The translations under genes were made by a program, and so were the position numbers. The notes under the pieces were generated by a model that saw only the letters and a program-made list of their open reading frames with translations, was not told where the DNA came from and did not search any database. From the NCBI GenBank assembly GCA_048013815.1, contig CM106586.1, positions 13,826,001 to 13,890,000 on the forward strand: a stretch of DNA of 64,000 nucleotides. Reading direction: 5' to 3'. Source of the stretch: Setoptus koraiensis (lineage: Eukaryota > Animalia > Arthropoda). Positions 24,901 through 35,190 of this stretch are shown one piece after another (position 1 is the stretch's first letter; each line of letters starts with the position of its first letter).

Positions 24901-26774
24901 CAGACCAGTTGCATCAGCACCAGAGAAATGACGCAACTGTGTCGCCAGAAATCCATCCAGATTCACAGGGCAGACTGGCGCCAACGACAATAACAAGCAA
25001 ACAGTCACTTAGTCACAAACAACGGTCCTGTAACGAAGTGCCCAAAGCAAGCAATGATTTGTTGTCGGTGCCAAGTCAGCATCGTCACACATCGAGGACC
25101 CGTGGCTCGCTCTGCCGGTCAGACTCGGCCACAAACAGGGACCTGTCGTCGAGGCAGCAATCGGTGGCCATGCTGGCGAAACAACAATCCAACGGTGACA
25201 GACGCAACAGCAGCGCCAGCAGCAACGGCAATCAGATCAAATTGACCTCATCGTCCAGTGACATGGTTAAAATGAGACCAATGCGAGGCGGCTATCATGA
25301 CGATCGCGACAACAACAACGACGACGACGACGACGACGACGCCGACGACGATGAAGACGACGACAAACTGAAGCCAATGATTGGCTTCATGTACGAATCG
25401 CTGGCCGCCGAACTCAAGGCCAAACTGGGCAATCCCGAGGTGGGCCCGTTGCTGTTGCCCCCGAAAGACTATGACACAATGAGCAGAAAACAGGGCAAAC
25501 TGACCGGAATAGAGCTGCGTCGCTCCACCAATACCCAAATTGTTGGGCCAAAGATTGTGTTGGACGAGGCCGACGATCTGATTAACGGGCACAACAACGC
25601 AGTGTTAGACAATCACGACACAGGCACCGTTAAGACAGGCTCGTGCAGCGCCACCAGTGTTAGATTGGCGAGCGCCGGAAGTAGCATAGGCAGCGCGGGC
25701 AAACGGGGCCGTTCGGAGGGTTCGGTTTCGGCGCGCTCAAACGGTAGCTCGTCCGGTTTGGGATCGTCGTCTATAGGTGGCGCGTCGTCGTCTAGCGGCG
25801 AGGATCTCAGTCAGAGCCAGGACCATCATCATGATTACGATGAGCAACTACGAGGCGATCACGAGGTCAGGTCGGCCAGCACGGCGGGCAAGACGCTGAC
25901 GGGGCCAGCAGCAACAGCAACAGCAACAAGTGTGCATGTTAACGGCAACACAAGTGCCAAAAAAGCACCCGCCAATAACGGCGACACGAGCGTTGATTGT
26001 TTGCTGGCGGCCAATGTGCCAAAAAAGCCGCCCAGAGTGAGCGTGAATTACGTAAGCGGCGGCGGCGGCGCCAGCAGCAACGGTTACAATGATAATAATA
26101 GTAGTGAAACTGGAAGGGATAACAAATCGGCACAACAACAGCAACAGCAACAACAGCAACAGCGACGCGATAAACAAAGAGCGACGGACATTAGACAGCA
26201 ACAATTTGATAGTTTACGCGGCGAAGAGGAGATATTTTTGCGTGATACAAGCAAGCAGGTTTACTATTATTCCGCCAGTCAGGCCAGCTCGAACGGCAGC
26301 GATTCTTATCAGAGCCGAAGTTCCTCCGCTAGCAACGGCGCCGACGAGCATCGGGTTAACGGCCCGTCGGCGGGCATGACCAACAATGGCCAGGCTGCCG
26401 CTGCCAGCAACAAGCAGTCGGCCGAGTGGAAAAAAACAATTATTAATAACAACATTACGACAACAACAACAACGACAGCCAGCGCAAACAAACAAAAGAG
26501 CAAGGATAGCAACCTGTTCGCCTTAGAGAAGCAACAGCAACAGCAGCAGCTCAACAGCGATCAGCGAGCCAACAACCAATCAGCGATTAAGCCAATTAAA
26601 CAGCAAACAACAGGTGATAATAGTAATAACGACAGCAATAACTCAAGCAACAACAACAACAGCGCAACAATAACAACAGAGAGGCTGTGGCACGGCCGAG
26701 TGGAGGTACCCTTGAAGATCAACAAAAACAGAAGCGACACCACGTATTTGGCCACCAAGCGGATCATATACTGA
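21969..26774 (+). CDS. PTB/PID-domain adaptor-like protein, 1601 aa, single ORF, Q/H/N/S low-complexity rich
   Basis: The N-terminal region has a PTB pattern: YYVYYLGS..., VTLQINDKGLKI, HFIPFDNISYV, LHCHAYRCDSQLTASALTDQL. Two more high-complexity islands follow: MYESLAAELKAKLG..PLLLPPKDYDT (from 25389) and the C-terminal VEVPLKIN..YLATKRIIY. The reading frame is uninterrupted for 4.8 kb. Confidence 0.85.
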   Translation: MMSFTSSPSSLTKNNSNQTCNNNINVIINHSNGSKTSSNKKSYYVYYLGSQEALGLRGEQFCLQVLDRLLRQPQVAPSTVTLQINDKGLKILQQQPTKDYQLAVNSSNLANECKQKGASLTRSSHSSNCNLSDNQPNNNNTNNSASKSSLAGLSNNKSNKQIKHFIPFDNISYVCQQNDIVSCILLLYNPKTKCPLHCHAYRCDSQLTASALTDQLNSYILKGSQQKKLDLIERKLLAQGVIKGSLTCEEPSSSPLIIGAHPGHQQPVTIMPIHAPVPQVMRVPAATAQPIVGVLPKSIPSNQRQLMQANKIMMMQQQQQQQHHHHHLHQKIPMSMAHHLHAGEGAGAALPTTPSSIHSAMGVAPEGAQTRSGHHDNQLVVIVNDDDQLNGRDSEPIIGRRLPNKSMHALAYQESQQLFSNSCSAVSSVSNGVVYHALPVSGQPVAGHHLAPILKTPKQANEHQLAGMATMGHNINDIINQQQQTQMPVVVGRRSYRPQAVMPAPFASANYPAPSQQQQFDGRHQQQHSRGSSINYHNQYQQQALTAEQAIAIATSSADEQRGLDHHRHHRRHHHAQHQRQQQQLHHHSDLSLNYAANPSAVRGKEPLNYARDSARTSAAGSVSGSSSNLHQQPQIGQLRSGRLEQAGLVKSLSSIHQSRYVNRRPVRHSGRPDGDHEVCSLSSSYSSLCSSYSNCDVNSLDSRSRSPSQCSRCSSCSLSQQQQQQQQRPSSRSRRRARSGPLCADQTAGDLHTMSTGNNNSKLLIGDAPPPTKWRHRSTSSHHGHQLNHHKQQQQQQQMLLTGADRQPMSPQSHQLGNGPVAGAMRRGSSSPSFDLMQQTHQRYQHRHHGHSHHQQHHQQQHPLHRVNGARANGMMHSPGAHLSNADDLARMQSGGRTVQQPFADCPVPGQQHNRHDQHHHRHRSRQQNNATNQLLNQDNPQQQQQHRHNRRPHHHHHHHHHHNHAHNRSTTPSTQADQLHQHQRNDATVSPEIHPDSQGRLAPTTITSKQSLSHKQRSCNEVPKASNDLLSVPSQHRHTSRTRGSLCRSDSATNRDLSSRQQSVAMLAKQQSNGDRRNSSASSNGNQIKLTSSSSDMVKMRPMRGGYHDDRDNNNDDDDDDDADDDEDDDKLKPMIGFMYESLAAELKAKLGNPEVGPLLLPPKDYDTMSRKQGKLTGIELRRSTNTQIVGPKIVLDEADDLINGHNNAVLDNHDTGTVKTGSCSATSVRLASAGSSIGSAGKRGRSEGSVSARSNGSSSGLGSSSIGGASSSSGEDLSQSQDHHHDYDEQLRGDHEVRSASTAGKTLTGPAATATATSVHVNGNTSAKKAPANNGDTSVDCLLAANVPKKPPRVSVNYVSGGGGASSNGYNDNNSSETGRDNKSAQQQQQQQQQQRRDKQRATDIRQQQFDSLRGEEEIFLRDTSKQVYYYSASQASSNGSDSYQSRSSSASNGADEHRVNGPSAGMTNNGQAAAASNKQSAEWKKTIINNNITTTTTTTASANKQKSKDSNLFALEKQQQQQQLNSDQRANNQSAIKPIKQQTTGDNSNNDSNNSSNNNNSATITTERLWHGRVEVPLKINKNRSDTTYLATKRIIY

Positions 26775-27634
26775 TACCTGTTGGGCGTTATTACTATTTA
26801 TTATCGTCATTATATATCATTATGTGTTGTTGCTGACCGGCCGGCCGGCTTTGTTGCCCGTTGACACGTGAATACGCGCGCGCACTGCTCAAATCTGGCT
26901 TTGATTTGAGCTGGCCAGATTCGATTTGATTTGAGCTGGCCAGATTTGATTTGAGCCTGGCCGGCCGATTATCCGATCGTTATCGCCAGCAACAACAATA
27001 CCCCGTGAGTCCTAACGCATTCCTTGCGCCCCGTTCATTGTAGGGCCGCCACCATATGTTGCATATACACACACACACAATGACTGTTCAACAAAAACAA
27101 ATGTACAATTGTAGAGTCTCTCGTTCATTGCGTCATGATTCATGAGCTTCGACTCAGAGCCTTTGAGTGTTCGTGTCGGACACGAGACCGAGAGCGGAGA
27201 GCGGAGAGAGAGAGAGAGAGGGACACGACAACGCAAACAAAACGCAAATATCTATACATCTTTTGTGTATAAAACTGTTACGTATTATATAATAACTAAT
27301 TAATAATAAACGCACACACGCATAAAAGATAAAACTGATGACTTATCCGTTGTTCGAGTTACAGTTACAGCAACGCATGCATATATAAGAGGATTTGCAC
27401 GCTGACAGCGACGATAATTGCAATTTGTCGCTTGTTTCTGCTGTCTTGCCACCGACGACTGTTGTTGCATCTGTCAGCAAGACAGTCTAACGAGTCTCGA
27501 GTCTTGTTGGCTTGTGGCCAATTAGCGGTGAAACGTTGCCAGTTGTATCTGTTTTATTTACAATTGCAGCGCGTCTTGCATACGAGCACAACAAACACAA
27601 TTCTTGTCACAGCCAGCTCTACCAAGCAACGGGC

Positions 27635-27644
27635 CTAAATTTAG
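27635..27644. promoter_or_regulatory. MEF2-consensus site upstream of troponin I
   Basis: CTAAATTTAG lies about 1.1 kb 5' of the TnI ATG, with a CAGCTG E-box about 80 bp downstream. MEF2 regulation of muscle genes is established, but this site is a motif match only. Confidence 0.3.
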
Positions 27645-28772
27645 AGCGGATTCTTCAGCAAGGTGACAATTGGAGCGCAAATGCCAGACTTATACTTTCA
27701 CTCATTCGCCTTCAGCTGACACTGTAACCCAAGATTCGTTTGTTAGTTTCGTCTAATTGTCCAATCTAATAGTCTCTCTATCTGGCCATTCTCGCAACTG
27801 CCAACTGATCAACGGCACGCAGTATCAACCAGTGTGTTCAGATCAATAATTGATGCAATCAAATCAAATCAAATCAAATCTAGTGCAAACAGCCGAACAA
27901 TGGACAAGCGAAAGTTGCAACAAAACAAAGCGCATGCTTGCGTCTCGCTTACATCACTCGTACAAATGTAATGAAATCGCTGGCTCGTTTGCCCAACTTA
28001 ATCGCTATATTTGGCCAGCCAGCCAGTCATAGTTTTGGCATAGTTGCCTAGTTTTGTTTCTCTGCGCGCCGCCGTTTGGCATTGATATCAAACAAGAGAA
28101 CTAGGGAGAGACAGAGAGAAATGGGGAGAAAGAAAGAGACAGACAGAGAGTTCTTTATGGGCACACACACACACACACAATTGAATTAACTGCAACTGCT
28201 CAACTCGAGCGAACCGAACCATTGAGACGGATTCACAATAATAAATTGACACAAACATGATCATTCTCTCATTCATTCCAATCGAGACTTCTCTTGATCC
28301 AAAGAATTCTCGCCCTCAATTGCCTGTGCGGTGTAGTGAGTGTGAGTGTGTTGTGTTATGTCATGTTTGTCATTGTTGTCGCAAGATGATAATAACGATC
28401 TCATCATCATCATCATCATCATGTAACACCGGCATTGTTGTGCGACAAAACGGCAAACAAAATGACAATCTCGCACAGCAGAAACAAAGGCGCGCTCTAA
28501 TCCAATAAACAAATTACACTCACTCGCACAATTAAGAGAGACAAATAACTGAGTGTGTCAAATGAACAAAAATGACATTTGGTTTGCGCTACACAATAAA
28601 TACAATTATACCATTCACTAGCAACTTGTCCCAACATACATCACACACGCAATTCTGACAAAGTCTCTGACAAATAATTGTCCTGCTACATTATTACGTT
28701 ACTTGTGCATAATAACTATATAACAATTGTTATATTATTAATTAATTATCTGTCCAATAGTCTCTTACAATC

Positions 28773-30001
28773 ATGAACGAATTGATTAGCGAGGTAAGTG
28801 TCGTATCATCGTATGGTCGCATTCAAAAGTGACACTCTTCCGGAAACCTTTCACGTATCGATCAATTTAACAAGTGTATATCTGAAATGGTTTGTCTCGT
28901 TCCTCGAAATATCAAACTCATAGGAGGAGCGCAAGAAACGCGAAGATCGCGAACGCAAGAAGGCCGAAGTGAGAGCCCGCCTTGAGGCATCGGCAAAAAC
29001 CTCCAACAAGAAGGGTTTTATGACGCCAGAAAGAAAAAAGAAACTAAGAGTGAGTCATATACTTCAAATGTTATCATAATTAATTTTATTGGCATTAGCC
29101 TCACGAATACTAAGATTACGCCATGCTTATATTTCGGTTTATCGTAGTTATTATTGAGAAAGAAGGCCGCTGAAGAGCTGAAGCGACAACAAGAGGCCAA
29201 GGCAGCGGAAAGAAGAAAAGTGATCAGCGAAAGAACGGGCCCCAGAAAGAATCTCGACGGACTTGATGAGGGTAAGTCGTTCGCCGTGTGCCGGCAACCG
29301 AACATTGCATGAGTCATGACTTCCTAATCGATTGTTTGTTGTCGTTTAAATCAATCACACATTGAAGCGCAATTGACAAATCTGTGCAAGGAATACCATG
29401 ACAGGATCACCAAATTAGAGAGCGAAAAATATGACATTGAGTATATTGTCAGCAGAAAAGACTTTGAGGTAAGTTATAACGTTTCCATTGGACATTGGCA
29501 TCGAATTTTTTGTCACATCTTTTCGAAGGAGCACCATTAATCACAGACTACAATCAAATCATATCGCACATTTATAGATCCACGAGCTTTCGACCAAGGT
29601 CAACGACATGCGCGGAAAGTTGTAAGTGAAAGGCCTCGACCAGTTTTTCTTCTCATTCCATTCTCATACTCTTTGTGCGCCATCAAATTCATTTATTTTT
29701 TCATCTGATATGAATTCTCTGCAAACTTTTACAAAAACAAAACTTACCATCGCCTAAATGAAACATAAACAGCATTAAGCCACCCCTGAAGAAGATACCG
29801 AAATATGAGGCCAAAATTGAACGTATGCTACTTAATGCTCGAAAAGAGATCGGATTTACAGTGACGCTTAAATCGGTAAAACGCGACCAATTTAAGGTGG
29901 AAGAGCCAAAGGACAATAAAGATCAGGCCCCCGAGTGGTCATTCAGAACCAAAGGCCAAAAAGGTGAAACCGTCACGGAGGTCGAGGTTGAGGAAGATTG
30001 A
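28773..30001 (+). CDS. TnI: Troponin I (wings up A homolog), 6 coding exons
   Basis: Exons 28773-28793, 28924-29049, 29148-29271, 29368-29468, 29578-29621 and 29773-30001 all have GT-AG ends and join in frame. The product is MNELISE-EERKKREDRERKKAEVRARLE..KKGFMTPERKKKLR-LLLRKKAAEELK..-YHDRITKLESEKYDIEY..-VNDMRGKF-IKPPLKKIPKYEAK, which carries the invertebrate TnI signatures. Confidence 0.96.
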
Positions 30002-30213
30002 TAATTGGATTCATTACTTCAAAGCGAAGCTTTCGAAATCCCACCATGGGAATCAATGATGTGTTGCTGAGAACAAACAATGATTAAAAGTTGCTCAAGT
30101 TTTAAATCATTTTACATTTATAATTTCCGGTGAGCTTCGAAACACTTATTTGGCCCTCTCGTGTGTTAGTTAGAGGATTTATTCTAATCTAGTATTTAAT
30201 TCTTTCACTGAGG

Positions 30214-31043
30214 TCACCGACAGCATTGACTGTGATTCGTTCGGCTACTGGCTGTGTAAAAGACTATATAGGACACTTGCGCTCCATTGATTCCACATAG
30301 GTACCAAAATCTAGTCGCCAGTTTTTTAGCGCCGTTTTTTGTGTCTGGCTGATCGGATATGTGCACAGGATGACTCACGATCTCACCGGTTGATTCTCTG
30401 GCGATGTTAATGGTGAAAATTCTTTCATCGTTTAATAATTCATGATCGAGTTTATCCAAGATATCGTTGTCCTCCAAATCTAGATTGGCTTGGACAAGGA
30501 GAACGCCTTGGCAATATTGAATTGCTCGAATCCATTTGAGAACTCGGGCATTTTCGCTTAAGCTCTTTTCCAGATCGCCTGTGTTGTCGCGAGCCGAATA
30601 TCCTTCCACAGTCAGTGGGGGTATGGTGTAGAAGGAGCCTCGTGCATATTGCTCTATCTTTTTGCAGGCTTTCTTAATTGCTTTCACAATTGAGTAGAAT
30701 TCCTCGGTTGACTGTTGCGTGTTGAACGTCAGTTTGATTGATAATTCTGAATCTGGCGTGGGCTTCAACGAATCTGCCAGAGTGATATTCTCATCCTTGT
30801 TGAAAACTGTCGGGGTAAACTTCGTGGCCAGGTTGAGTATCTTCCTCATGGAGTGAGTATCTCACTCAATTTTTTAAACTTTCTCTCGTCAATCGGCACA
30901 TTGTGTGCTTCCGAAACCTCAATGATCTTGGCCAGACTTGCTACTAATACTTCATCTTTCTCTGCCGACTTCAGTTTTTCTGCTAAAGACTTTTTACAAG
31001 TCAGGACAATTTGAGCAAACATTCGGGAGAATGGAAGCAGCAA
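30214..31043 (-). pseudogene. Truncated, frameshifted copy of the local secreted/TM protein family
   Basis: The piece FAQIVLTCKKSLAEKLKSAE (31043-30846) shifts frame near 30850 into RKILNLATKF..LKPTPD..KKACKKIEQYA..KWIRAIQYCQGVLLVQ. It lacks the signal peptide and N-terminal third, and lacks the C-terminal hydrophobic end. Confidence 0.8.
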
Positions 31044-31094
31044 AAAACAAACATGTGTAGAGAAACCTCCGGGAGAGAAATAAAAGTTTGGGGA

Positions 31095-31652
31095 CTATAA
31101 CTCTAAACTATCAAGTTGATCCATAAGTTGATTGTCGAATTTGAGCGAGGTGACTACCAGATCCTTTAGAATGTTTCTCAGTTTGTTACACTTTGCTTCC
31201 AAATTGCGTATAGTTGTCAAATAGTAATCACGCAACTGCAATTGATGAGCTTCTTGTCTTTGAAGTTTGAGTTGTCTCTCACGAACTGTCAATTTTTTGC
31301 CGCTGGATATCCCCTGTTTTTGTTGTTGTTGACAGTGGAGAGCACTATGCTTTACCTCCATTTTAGAGGAGCTAGCTCGCGTCTTTAGCGAACAAACCTC
31401 GTCTGTAATTGGCTGCATTGGACAAACTTCATTAGGATCGACCATGGGATATAGAGAATTTTGCGATTGATTCGTTTCGGCAGGCACAAATGACCATACT
31501 TCTTGTGTATTAAACTCTGGTTGTAATGATAGAATATCCAGATAAGCTAATTGGTCGTCCATAATTCTGTAATTATTTAGTAATTGTTCCATATCTTTGA
31601 AGGTTGAAGTAATTTTTGGTCTATTATAAAAATCAGGAACAAAATCCTTCAT
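31095..31652 (-). CDS. Hypothetical 185-aa protein with C-terminal basic segment and leucine-zipper-like coiled coil
   Basis: The ORF from ATG 31652 has protein-like composition. The heptad Y-x6-L-x6-L-x6-L lies in YLTTIRNLEAKCNKLRNILKDL. There is no canonical bZIP N-x7-R signature. Confidence 0.6.
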   Translation of the reverse strand: MKDFVPDFYNRPKITSTFKDMEQLLNNYRIMDDQLAYLDILSLQPEFNTQEVWSFVPAETNQSQNSLYPMVDPNEVCPMQPITDEVCSLKTRASSSKMEVKHSALHCQQQQKQGISSGKKLTVRERQLKLQRQEAHQLQLRDYYLTTIRNLEAKCNKLRNILKDLVVTSLKFDNQLMDQLDSLEL

Positions 31653-32198
31653 TACTGGACCGGCAAGTGACACTAGTGACACAAATGACACCAGTGATTG
31701 ATTAAGAAGACTCGAGGCGGCACTTAGGGCACCACACTTCGCAACAATTTCAGATCAGGGTGTCCAGCAGTACTATTAAAACATCTGTTCAACGTTTTTA
31801 CCTCTCCCTTTTCCAGCAAGCTGGACAAGTCTGCTAAATAAGAGCAATTCAACTTTATCTATTTTCTTCACTTAAGCACACACGAAACCTGTGTCGAATG
31901 TTCAAAAGATGGATGCAAATATTTGTTCCAACTGATCTCATGACATATGCGCAATTAATTTCAATAAGTTTTCAATGAGGTGCTGGCCAATTGAACTCAA
32001 TTCAGGTGACGTTATTATTAGAAATTCATAGGAAGTTGAATTCAATTGTTTGTTACGATGCGACGTATCTATTTATATCGCGATGAAACCCGAGAAAGCT
32101 CGCTAGTGAGTTGGTGATTTTATCCTAATACGATGATCTAGTCTTAATGTTCGGCTGCCTTCTTTCTGGCCTTTTCCTCTCACTCTGTTGCATTTTTC

Positions 32199-34180
32199 TC
32201 ATCCATGCGAAGAGCGATACGAGCACAATTTTACTAACAAACATACGAAAAAAGTAGTGAACAGAATTGTTGCAATACCCAAAGCAACAGCTATACCTGT
32301 CTCAGAATTATTGAGGTAGCTGGCGTGCTGAAGATCATGCCACACATTTCCCGTATGGCCAGTTGCGGTGTGAAGAACCGCATGACCGAAGGTCGCATGC
32401 CCAACAGATGCCACACTACCGCCAAACTGGACCGGACGTTCGGGATCGTCTCGATTTTTGAGCAACGATTGCTTGATCGATTCGTCGAGAACGTTTATCT
32501 GGACAAATTTCGACAACAGAAGTTCGCGCTTGCTTCCCGCTCGTCTCATCAGCCATCCGGTGAGGCCATCCGTTTGTGTGTAGCATTCGAGGTCGGTGTC
32601 GAATGAGTTGAAATTATCTGGCTGTTTGAACTTGTGCGCCGATTGTCGCAATGAATGATTTTGTCTGACCACATTGACAGTGAATATACTTTCGTCGTGT
32701 AGCACCTCTTGGTCCATTTTCTCAATGATATCGCTCTCTAAATCGACAGTGGGTTGCACGAGCAGGACGCCCTGACAATATTGCACAGCTTTGACCCATT
32801 TCTGAACGTTTGGATCGTCTTCGAGACTTCTATCGAGACTTCCAGCATCGTTTCGTGCAAAATATTCTTTCCATGCCAGCCGAGAAATCGTATATATCGA
32901 GTTCTGGGCATATTGATCAATCAACTTACACGCTTTTTTGCCTTTCACAAATTCGTCCACCATACTCTGACAGTTCAATGTTATACCCATCGAGAAATCC
33001 GCTTCCGGTGTAGGTTTCAGCGATTCAGTCAGTATGAGAGTCTCTACTTTTGTCAACACATTTGGGTTGTATTTCATCGCAAGACTTAGCAGCTTACGCG
33101 TTCTTTTATGAAGATTCTTAATCTGACTTTCGTCGATATTGGCGCCTTTTGTATCTGACAACTCATTTACAATGTCGAAGCTTCTCCTCAATTCATTATC
33201 AGTATCCTCGGCTGATTGTAATTTTTGTGCCAAAGATTTCTTACAAGTTAAAGCAACTTGACCGGCAAATAGTCTGTGGAACCGAGGTAGTCTATTCTTT
33301 CGTTTGCGTTTCAGATATTTACCTTCGCTGGCATTATCTTTTAATTGTTTGCCTAATCTCAGCAATTCATTTGCAAAGTCAGGCTCGCATACAGAGTGAA
33401 NNNNNNNNNNNNNNNNNNNNNNNNNNNNNNNNNNNNNNNNNNNNNNNNNNNNNNNNNNNNNNNNNNNNNNNNNNNNNNNNNNNNNNNNNNNNNNNNNNNN
33501 NNNNNNNNNNNNNNNNNNNNNNNNNNNNNNNNNNNNNNNNNNNNNNNNNNNNNNNNNNNNNNNNNNNNNNNNNNNNNNNNNNNNNNNNNNNNNNNNNNNN
33601 NNNNNNNNNNNNNNNNNNNNNNNNNNNNNNNNNNNNNNNNNNNNNNNNNNNNNNNNNNNNNNNNNNNNNNNNNNNNNNNNNNNNNNNNNNNNNNNNNNNN
33701 NNNNNNNNNNNNNNNNNNNNNNNNNNNNNNNNNNNNNNNNNNNNNNNNNNNNNNNNNNNNNNNNNNNNNNNNNNNNNNNNNNNNNNNNNNNNNNNNNNNN
33801 NNNNNNNNNNNNNNNNNNNNNNNNNNNNNNNNNNNNNNNNNNNNNNNNNNNNNNNNNNNNNNNNNNNNNNNNNNNNNNNNNNNNNNNNNNNNNNNNNNNN
33901 CTGTGCCAGCTTGCTCCACTATTTTCTTCAACGCCAGGATATCATCGAAACCATTTTCGCTGTGGATACACTTGTTGAGAATCCCCCTTTCTTTCCTGCT
34001 CAATGCATCTATGTTATCGTTTTTGAGCATTGTTTGTGCAAAATTCAGAAATGCAGGGATTTCCTCCATTGTCTTAACCGAAGAAACGCATAGTTCCTTG
34101 CTGATAGCTTGAGCGTCAGAAGTGTAAGTCAAACAAACATAGACCAGACAGACAATCGCAAGCAGTTTTATCTGAGCCAT
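32199..34180 (-). CDS. Secreted/TM family member 1 (493 aa once the N-run is removed)
   Basis: It starts with signal peptide MAQIKLLAIVCLVYVCLTYTSDA. Joining 33901 directly to 33400 gives ..EQAGT-V-HSVCEPDFANELL.., collinear with the paralog sequence DQAAH-I-RSVCQTDYADKLL. 280+1202=1482 nt = 494 codons. Confidence 0.85.
33401..33900. other. 500-N assembly spacer, apparently of zero real length
   Basis: Exactly 500 N. The flanks join in frame (G+TT = Val) and align to the paralogs without a gap. Confidence 0.9.
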
Positions 34181-35114
34181 TTTGCCGATTTTCTTTCGAA
34201 GCTTTAATTTTTATATTCAGGTGCAATCAATTGCTTGATGTTGATCGATGGAAAGATTATAAAGAACTCTGATCGGGACAAGAAATTAATTTTAAAAATA
34301 TCTGGAAAAATACTTTTCGTGTGCATAAAGCTTGCTTTTTCTGTAAAATAAATGGGGCCTCGAGGTTCATACCTGTCACTATTTATACTAGAGATCGAGA
34401 AGCTTGCCTCTTTGAGTTGCATTCAGCAGTCTATCTTTTGACACTATCATGAGACTGTCAGATGGTTGGAGTCATACTTATCGTGCATTTAGAGTCTACT
34501 TTTTCTGTAAAATGAGGCATATCTTTCAGGGGTTTATTTTTAAACGCTATCATGTGGTTATCTGAGTTCCGAGGGACCAATGAATATGCTCACGTCAGAA
34601 TGCCAGACATCGCGATCCAACCAGCCAGATTATTATTCAGATTATTTTTCACAATATAAGGCACATTTTTGAGAAAATCTTGACCCCGGTATTATAGGTT
34701 TTTCGTGATTTTAACCAAGACTGCGCGACTTTTCTCACTATTTTTTTATTTCACCTTATAGTTCACTGAAGAAGACGTCGTTTAGAGCGAAAATTAGCCT
34801 GGTATCTCAGCTCTCTCGGGGTGAAACGGGGCCTCAAAGTTGAAATTCTGAGAAAAGTGGGCGTGTTTGGTGAACGAAAAACCAGAAACAGAAATAAGCC
34901 AGATTTCAGGCTCCACCTGAGAGAGATCTTTCCAACCATACCCTATTTTCAATAATCGGAGACCAAAAATAAAAATACCCTAAAATGGGACAACCCCTTT
35001 GTCACAAAATCAGTCACACTCTGTTTCTCGTCAGCTGAAATTTTTCTTTTTCTTTAGTTTTCTGGAGATTTGGGAGAATGAGGGAGAACAGGGGAGTAGA
35101 AAATCAGATCGTAG

Positions 35115-35190
35115 GGAATGATTATGACAGTAAAGTTTATTATGTGAATCACTGCGTCAGAACAACATTGTCAACAAGACCGGAACCTAA
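35115..35190 (+). pseudogene. Degenerate WW-domain-like fragment
   Basis: After a CGTAG acceptor-like site the frame reads NDYDSKVYYVNHCVRTTLSTRPEP, compared with the WW consensus GRVYYVNHNTRTTQWERP. The second Trp is lost and the first Trp is not seen. Confidence 0.35.

Noticed and set aside
27606-27618. TCACAGCCAGCT, a 12-nt match to the miR-2 family
   Set aside because: No complementary upstream arm; downstream pairing needs a large asymmetric loop.
34440-35060. Repeat-like stretch with partial inverted matches (ATGGTTGGA/TCCAACCAT and others)
   Set aside because: The matches are not nested as TIRs would be, and no TSD was found.
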